Source of the DNA: Promethearchaeota archaeon
GTDB taxonomy: Archaea > Asgardarchaeota > Lokiarchaeia > Sigyniarchaeales > SOKP01
DNA length: 12,383 bases
Direction of reading: 5' to 3'
Assembly (NCBI GenBank): GCA_048941265.1
Contig: JBHLNT010000121.1
Coordinates: 1-12,383, forward strand
A program made the translations under genes and the position numbers. Positions 7,832 to 12,383 of the stretch are shown in pieces. The notes beneath the pieces were generated by a model, which saw only the letters and a program-made list of their open reading frames with translations, searched no databases and was not told where the DNA came from. Numbering within the stretch: the first letter of the stretch is position 1; each line of letters opens with the position of its first letter.

Positions 7832-9334
7832 TCAATTATAAGCGTCTCTCTTTGGTAAGCGGGGTCGTAATCGTATGATTTCTCTCAGCTGTTCCTCAAC
7901 AAGTTTGTTTTTCAATTCTCGATTTTTTGTCCATAGATTGTCAACTTCAGAAGGATCACTTGTATAATCGTAGATATCACCAAAATTCTCATAACCATCG
8001 TATAGCGATAATCGATGCCTTTCAGTAACCAGCGTTCTCACTCTGAAAATTCTGTCAGAGGCTATTTCTTCATCGTGTTCAATAAGAATTCTCTCTCTCA
8101 CCTTTTCATTAGGATCCTTTAATACAGGGGTAATATCATAACCTTGAAATGCTTCGGGATGTAAACTCTTTCTTACACCTAGCATGTTTAAAATTGTTTT
8201 TGGAAGATCAACAGTATTGATAAGGGAATCAGAAACTCCAGATTTTGTTAGTCCCGGTACTTTCCATAGCAAGGGCATATTTATAATACTGCGATAATGG
8301 GCGGGTCCTTTCAAAATGAGTCCATGGTCTCCACAATAATCACCATGGTCGCTGGTAAAAACGACCATGGTATTATCTGCCATTCCAGTTTTTTCTAACG
8401 TCCTAAGAATTTTGCCAACTCCGTCATCAATCATAGCTATAGAACCATATGTGAGTGCTGTGAAGATTTTTGCGATGTTCTCGTCCACTTTCTGAGGAAG
8501 AAGGTGTGGGAAGCGGGAATCTTTTAAAATCTCTCCTAAAAATTTATGATTAAGGAGATTTTCACCGTCTTTAAAATTCGATGGCAATTCAATATCGTTA
8601 GGTTTATACATATCTTTATATCTACCTGGTGGACATACTGGATGGTGAGGATCATTATATGAGCAATGCAAGAAAAATGGCTTTTCTCCATTATTTCCTT
8701 CAGAATAGCGTTCGAGGAATTCTACTGTTTGATCTGTTATATATGCTGAAGGATACAATTCCTCCGGTAATACAGTCTCATAGTAGTTTTCATATATTGA
8801 AATAAGCCGGCTTTTGAGAAAATCCAGTTTATCATAGTTTTTTTCCTCTAACCATTCCATATAATGTCCCGCACACACATCTCCGTGGCCAACTGTAAGC
8901 TTTACTTCATCGAATCCATAATAGGGTGTGGGAAATGGTGATTTCAACTTCCCTGACATCCAGTATGGTATAACTTCTAAAGATTCGACCTTTTTCTTCT
9001 TATAAGGAAACGCATAGAAATTAAAATGCGTTTTTCCTATTGAAACTGTGTGATATCCTTGGCTTTTTAATATTTCAGATATTGTAGGAATATTTGGATT
9101 TAAATTAATACCATTTGACCGAGTTCCGTGGACACTTGGATATGAACCTGTAAAGAAACTACCTCGATTTGGCATACAAATGGGAGTTGCACAAAAATAT
9201 TTCGTAAATCTTATTCCGCCATTGCATATACTATCGATATGTGGAGTTTTTAACCCAGAATTTCCCGCACAGCTCAGATGATCAGCTCGCTGTTGGTCCG
9301 TTATGATAAATAACACGTTCATTTGTTCACTCAT
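7832..9334 (-). CDS. Cys-type formylglycine-dependent sulfatase (family S1), no signal peptide
   Basis: NVLFIITDQQRAD, C53-MPNR (CxPxR, 9164-9178), GYHTVSIGKTH, DPHHP, YGSIAMIDDGVG, NTMVVFTSDHGD...HGLILKG, DPSEVDNL. Confidence 0.95.
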   Translation of the reverse strand: MSEQMNVLFIITDQQRADHLSCAGNSGLKTPHIDSICNGGIRFTKYFCATPICMPNRGSFFTGSYPSVHGTRSNGINLNPNIPTISEILKSQGYHTVSIGKTHFNFYAFPYKKKKVESLEVIPYWMSGKLKSPFPTPYYGFDEVKLTVGHGDVCAGHYMEWLEEKNYDKLDFLKSRLISIYENYYETVLPEELYPSAYITDQTVEFLERYSEGNNGEKPFFLHCSYNDPHHPVCPPGRYKDMYKPNDIELPSNFKDGENLLNHKFLGEILKDSRFPHLLPQKVDENIAKIFTALTYGSIAMIDDGVGKILRTLEKTGMADNTMVVFTSDHGDYCGDHGLILKGPAHYRSIINMPLLWKVPGLTKSGVSDSLINTVDLPKTILNMLGVRKSLHPEAFQGYDITPVLKDPNEKVRERILIEHDEEIASDRIFRVRTLVTERHRLSLYDGYENFGDIYDYTSDPSEVDNLWTKNRELKNKLVEEQLREIIRLRPRLPKRDAYN

Positions 9335-9359
9335 ATTATTGACATATCTCCTTTTACTC

Positions 9360-10490
9360 TCAATCTTTAGATTCTTGATTGGTTCTATTTTCTTGATAAA
9401 TTTTACTTGAAAGCTTTAAAGCATTTTCATGAATGTAGGAACGCTGTTCTCTATGCAACTTTATTGCTCCGGTAGGGCACGTGACTGCACAAACTCCACA
9501 TCCATAGCATCTATTAGGATTTACAAATGCTTTCTTATCTTCAACCGCAATAGCTTTAAAAGGACATCTTTCTGCGCACAATCCACATCCTTCACAAACA
9601 TCTTGATCTACTTGTGAGATATAATTGGATTTAGCAACACAATCTTCATTTTTTTCCTCAAACCGAGTCATACCTCTCAAAAGGGCACAACAACATGCAC
9701 AACAGCAGCAGATTACGAAATGATTAGGATCTTTCACATTTTCAGTCGTGAAAATTAATCCTAATTTTGCATATTTATCAATTAATTGATGTGCTTCTTC
9801 TAAGGATAGTTCTCTTCCTTCTCCTCTTCTGATAAAATATTTGCCAAATAAACCTAACTGGAAACAAGATTCTTTTATAGGATATTTATCTTTACATTCT
9901 CGAATACCTAAAATGTCAGTTCGATTCCGACAAGGACAGTCAGTAATAACAATTGGACCCTTACACTCATCAAAAATCTGATGTATTTCCTCTGCGTTTA
10001 AAATTTCGGATTGATGGTCGATTGATGAATTTATAGGAACGACTCTAGTTATTGAAGTACCTGCATCTGATGACTCATAACGCTTGTAAAATTTTTCCTC
10101 AATGAAAAATTGTTGGTATAATTCAGCTCCTTTTTTTCCGAGTCTCTCTAAGGATTTAGAATATTTAAAACCAATATTTAAAAGATGAGCCATTGCAATA
10201 AAATATGAGTACCCTCCAATATCCTGAATAATACCCTTTTCTGTCATATCATCTAAAATTTCCCTGGTTTCCTTGAGGCTTTTTCCAATCCTTTTGGCGA
10301 TGGTACCTGCCGATAATGGTCTGGTTTCAAGATGCTGAGCGATCTTGGCTTCTTCTGGAGTGAAAAGTAGTTTTATGTACTCTCGAAACGCATCTGAAAT
10401 TTTCCCATCCTTTATAGGAATATCGCTAGGATACCTTCTCATCTTTTTTAGTATTATTTCATATGGATCTTTAGATTCTGCTGATGGAAT
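9360..10490 (-). CDS. Cys-rich 4Fe-4S protein: N-terminal winged-HTH-like region, CPC...CCCCACCC central domain, C-terminal 2x[4Fe-4S] ferredoxin domain
   Basis: CEGCGLCAERCP and CYGCGVCAVTCP ferredoxin motifs; FTPEEAKIA...SAGTIAKRIGKSLKETREILDDMTEKGII HTH-like segment; 21 Cys. The ORF-track start is ATG 10442, but the frame stays open to ATT 10488-10490 (see findings), so the start is uncertain. Confidence 0.85.
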   Translation of the reverse strand: MPSAESKDPYEIILKKMRRYPSDIPIKDGKISDAFREYIKLLFTPEEAKIAQHLETRPLSAGTIAKRIGKSLKETREILDDMTEKGIIQDIGGYSYFIAMAHLLNIGFKYSKSLERLGKKGAELYQQFFIEEKFYKRYESSDAGTSITRVVPINSSIDHQSEILNAEEIHQIFDECKGPIVITDCPCRNRTDILGIRECKDKYPIKESCFQLGLFGKYFIRRGEGRELSLEEAHQLIDKYAKLGLIFTTENVKDPNHFVICCCCACCCALLRGMTRFEEKNEDCVAKSNYISQVDQDVCEGCGLCAERCPFKAIAVEDKKAFVNPNRCYGCGVCAVTCPTGAIKLHREQRSYIHENALKLSSKIYQENRTNQESKD

Positions 10491-11010
10491 TTAATTCACT
10501 TCTTTAATTTCTCTTGTTTTTTTAAATTTAATTCATTCTGGAAGTTGTTCTCTTTCAAGTCTTTTCATGATAATTGCATCTTCCGGACAAGTTACAGCAC
10601 ACAAACCACATCCTACACATTTATTGACATCAACATGTGCAATTTCATTCAAAGTAATTGCGCCAAACTTACATCTTTCTATACACGTCCCGCACGCAGC
10701 GCACAATTCTTCATCAATACTCGAAATATAATTAGCTCTAGCGATTGCTTTAGGATTATCTAACCTAGTTAAACCTGCTAAATTGCCGCAACAGCATTCA
10801 CAGCATGCACAGAGTATACGAACCGCATTTGCATTATTATCAGTCATATGTACTAAACCAAGCTTGGCAGCTTTTCTAGCTTCTTCTTTTACTTCTTCTT
10901 TAGAAATGGGCTTTATAGCAGGATCGCCCAATTCTATCATTTGTTTAGCAAAAATTCCAAACGTGATACAGTTATGAATAGGATATTTATCTTTACATTT
11001 TCTAATACCT
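9877..11010. repeat. Two-copy direct repeat between the Fe-S paralogs (9877-9909 and 10978-11010)
   Basis: ataggatatttatctttacatt (22 nt) is identical at 9877-9898 and 10978-10999, extending to 31/33 matches. It encodes GIR(E/K)CKDKYPI in both genes. Confidence 0.85.
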
Positions 11011-11603
11011 TCAACTTCCTTTCTCATGCGGCAAGGGCAGGGAAATATCGCAAAATCCGAATGATTGTCAATTATCGTATATACTTCTTCCATGGGCATG
11101 ATTTGATGTGAAGGCTCTACCTTTTCTGAGACAGTCAAGACTCTTGTGCGTGGGATCCCTTTACGGTTCGTTTCCCAGGTTTTATAATATCCTTCATCAA
11201 AATATTCTCTGCTTAATCTAGCAAATTCAACTATATCGTCTCTATCCAAATTTTCTTGAAGGATAAATGGTGAATCATGAATTTGTAAGGGAGAAGGGCG
11301 AGCATAGTTATTTTTTCCCAGCCGTGTGACAAATCCACGTTTTACATAACCTTCTAGATTAGATATCAAATCATCTTTATCAATGTTTAATTTTTTCCCT
11401 ACTTTTTTTATTGATAAAGTTTTTGGCAAAATAGGGAGTTCCAACACGATCTTAATGATTTCCGGATCATACATCAAGCTTAAGTATTCAAGATATTTTT
11501 CCTTTGGTTTCTGTTCCTGAACCCCCGGATAAGATTGCACAGAATATTTATATTCTTTCGCTAATCGGATTAAATCTGCTTTATGCTCTTCATTTACGAT
11601 CAA
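10533..11603 (-). CDS. Cys-rich 4Fe-4S protein, paralog of the downstream gene (wHTH-like + CPC...CACCECCC + 2x[4Fe-4S])
   Basis: CAACGTCIERCK and CVGCGLCAVTCP motifs, CPCR, CKDKYPI, CACCECCC; LSIKKVGKKLNIDKDDLISNLEGYVKRGFV HTH-like segment; 18 Cys. TTG start with SD AGAGGA at 11609-11614 (minus). Confidence 0.88.
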   Translation of the reverse strand: MIVNEEHKADLIRLAKEYKYSVQSYPGVQEQKPKEKYLEYLSLMYDPEIIKIVLELPILPKTLSIKKVGKKLNIDKDDLISNLEGYVKRGFVTRLGKNNYARPSPLQIHDSPFILQENLDRDDIVEFARLSREYFDEGYYKTWETNRKGIPRTRVLTVSEKVEPSHQIMPMEEVYTIIDNHSDFAIFPCPCRMRKEVEGIRKCKDKYPIHNCITFGIFAKQMIELGDPAIKPISKEEVKEEARKAAKLGLVHMTDNNANAVRILCACCECCCGNLAGLTRLDNPKAIARANYISSIDEELCAACGTCIERCKFGAITLNEIAHVDVNKCVGCGLCAVTCPEDAIIMKRLEREQLPE

Positions 11604-11645
11604 TAATATCCTCTATTTTTTATTTTATTGTAAAAAAAACATATT

Positions 11646-11707
11646 AACTTTGAATTTTTAAAGTTTTATAATATAAAAAAGTTTACACTACTGAAAACTT
11701 TTTAATA
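11646..11707. promoter_or_regulatory. Bidirectional promoter region with back-to-back BRE-TATA elements and inverted repeats
   Basis: Plus-strand GAAAAC-TTTTTAAT (11693-11706) lies 23 nt before ATG 11730 (leaderless geometry). Minus-strand AAAC-TTTTTTATAT (11671-11684) points at the Fe-S genes. Inverted repeats at 11646-11665, 11664-11678 and 11676-11703. Confidence 0.55.
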
Positions 11708-11729
11708 GACCTTTAACAAATTAATTATT

Positions 11730-12383
11730 ATGAGTGAAAAAATGAATGTATTATTTATTATTACAGACCAACAACGGTCCGATCACCTCGGCTGTGCAGG
11801 AAATCCCATCTTGAAAACACCTAATCTTGACAGGTTAGCAAGCGAAAGTGTGAGATTTACGAGTGCTTTTTGCACTAATCCTATGTGCATGCCTAATAGG
11901 GCCACTATTCTCACTGGACTCTATCCAAATATGCATGGCGTCAGAAGTAATGGTATGAATCTACCCTTGAATGTGCCGACATTTACAGAAACATTACGAA
12001 ATAATGGATATCATACAATAAACATTGGGAAATTACATTTTCAGTATTGGGCTCCTCGATTTGACAAAACTTCAAAATCAGCGGAAGCTATAGGACCCTG
12101 GATTAATGAAAAATCACGTGCTAAAATGAAAGAAGACCTGCCAATACCCTATTACGGTTTTGATGAGGTCGATATGGTCTTAGGTCATGGTGATCTTTGC
12201 GCAGGACATTATTTTGATTGGTTGGAAGAAAGAGGTCCCCAATATCTTGATCCCATAAGAGAGAAATTCAAACAATTCTTTAGTCTTCCTTATTATGAGA
12301 CTATATTACCTGAGGAATTATATCCAACTACCTACATAACGGAGAAAACAATTTCTTTTTTAGAAAGATATACTCGAGGGAAT
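11730..12383 (+). CDS. Second Cys-type sulfatase (family S1), 3'-partial; paralog of 7832..9334; absent from the ORF track
   Basis: Manual translation: MSEKMNVLFIITDQQRSDHLGCAGNPILKTPNLDRLASESVRFTSAFCTNPMCMPNRATILTGLYPNMHGVRSNG...GYHTINIGKLHF...PYYGFDEVDMVLGHGDLCAGHYFDWLEE...YYETILPEELYPTTYITEKTISFLERYTRGN. Open for 218 codons to the window end; CMPNR at 11886-11900. Confidence 0.95.
   Translation, partial: MSEKMNVLFIITDQQRSDHLGCAGNPILKTPNLDRLASESVRFTSAFCTNPMCMPNRATILTGLYPNMHGVRSNGMNLPLNVPTFTETLRNNGYHTINIGKLHFQYWAPRFDKTSKSAEAIGPWINEKSRAKMKEDLPIPYYGFDEVDMVLGHGDLCAGHYFDWLEERGPQYLDPIREKFKQFFSLPYYETILPEELYPTTYITEKTISFLERYTRGN

Noticed and set aside
9331-9345. Mini-ORF MSII* overlapping the sulfatase-1 start (ATGA)
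   Set aside because: The SD AAGGAG (9348-9353) is only 2 nt from this ATG and fits the sulfatase start better; a 4-codon ORF is expected by chance.
10491-10535. The two Fe-S genes share a reading frame and the first ends in TGA, raising selenocysteine or readthrough fusion
   Set aside because: Readthrough gives only IKFKKTREIKEVN before a TAA at 10491-10493. The TGA is not in a Cys-motif position, no SECIS-like hairpin is evident, and each gene is a complete paralog.
2337-10977. Small alternative ORFs (2337-2591, 3313-3510, 4020-4421, 4325-4540, 4437-4781, 5934-6173, 6997-7305, 9429-9617, 10545-10763, 10783-10977)
   Set aside because: All lie antisense or out of frame over well-supported genes and show no recognisable motifs, so they are shadow ORFs.
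9360-11603. Fe-S proteins as radical-SAM anaerobic sulfatase maturases (anSME)
   Set aside because: There is no CxxxCxxC radical-SAM motif or SPASM layout; the clusters are ferredoxin-type CxxCxxCxxxC.
9290-11775. Inverted sulfatase 5' ends as an invertible (phase-variation) segment
   Set aside because: The copies differ at many synonymous positions, there is no long perfect inverted repeat, and no recombinase is in the window.

Overview
AT-rich, gene-dense metabolic region. BRE/TATA-type promoters, apparently leaderless starts, TTG starts and oligo-T terminators point to an archaeon. The gene style and paralog expansions suggest an Asgard (Lokiarchaeia-like) genome, but that is inference. 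In order, the window holds: two tandem DUF998-like membrane protein paralogs (the first cut by the window edge); a minus-strand ADP-ribosylglycohydrolase + FGGY (xylulokinase-like) kinase pair; a divergent nitronate monooxygenase/FabK-like flavoenzyme; a minus-strand run of two Cys-rich wHTH/2x[4Fe-4S] paralogs, a Cys-type sulfatase, a GPH-type MFS transporter and an opine dehydrogenase; and a second, divergent sulfatase paralog missed by the ORF track (11730 to the window end). I saw no rRNA, tRNA, CRISPR array or mobile element. The best candidate for an undescribed system is the pair of Cys-rich wHTH-ferredoxin proteins between two signal-less sulfatases, with a symmetric bidirectional promoter. 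One of these Fe-S genes probably starts at a non-canonical ATT.
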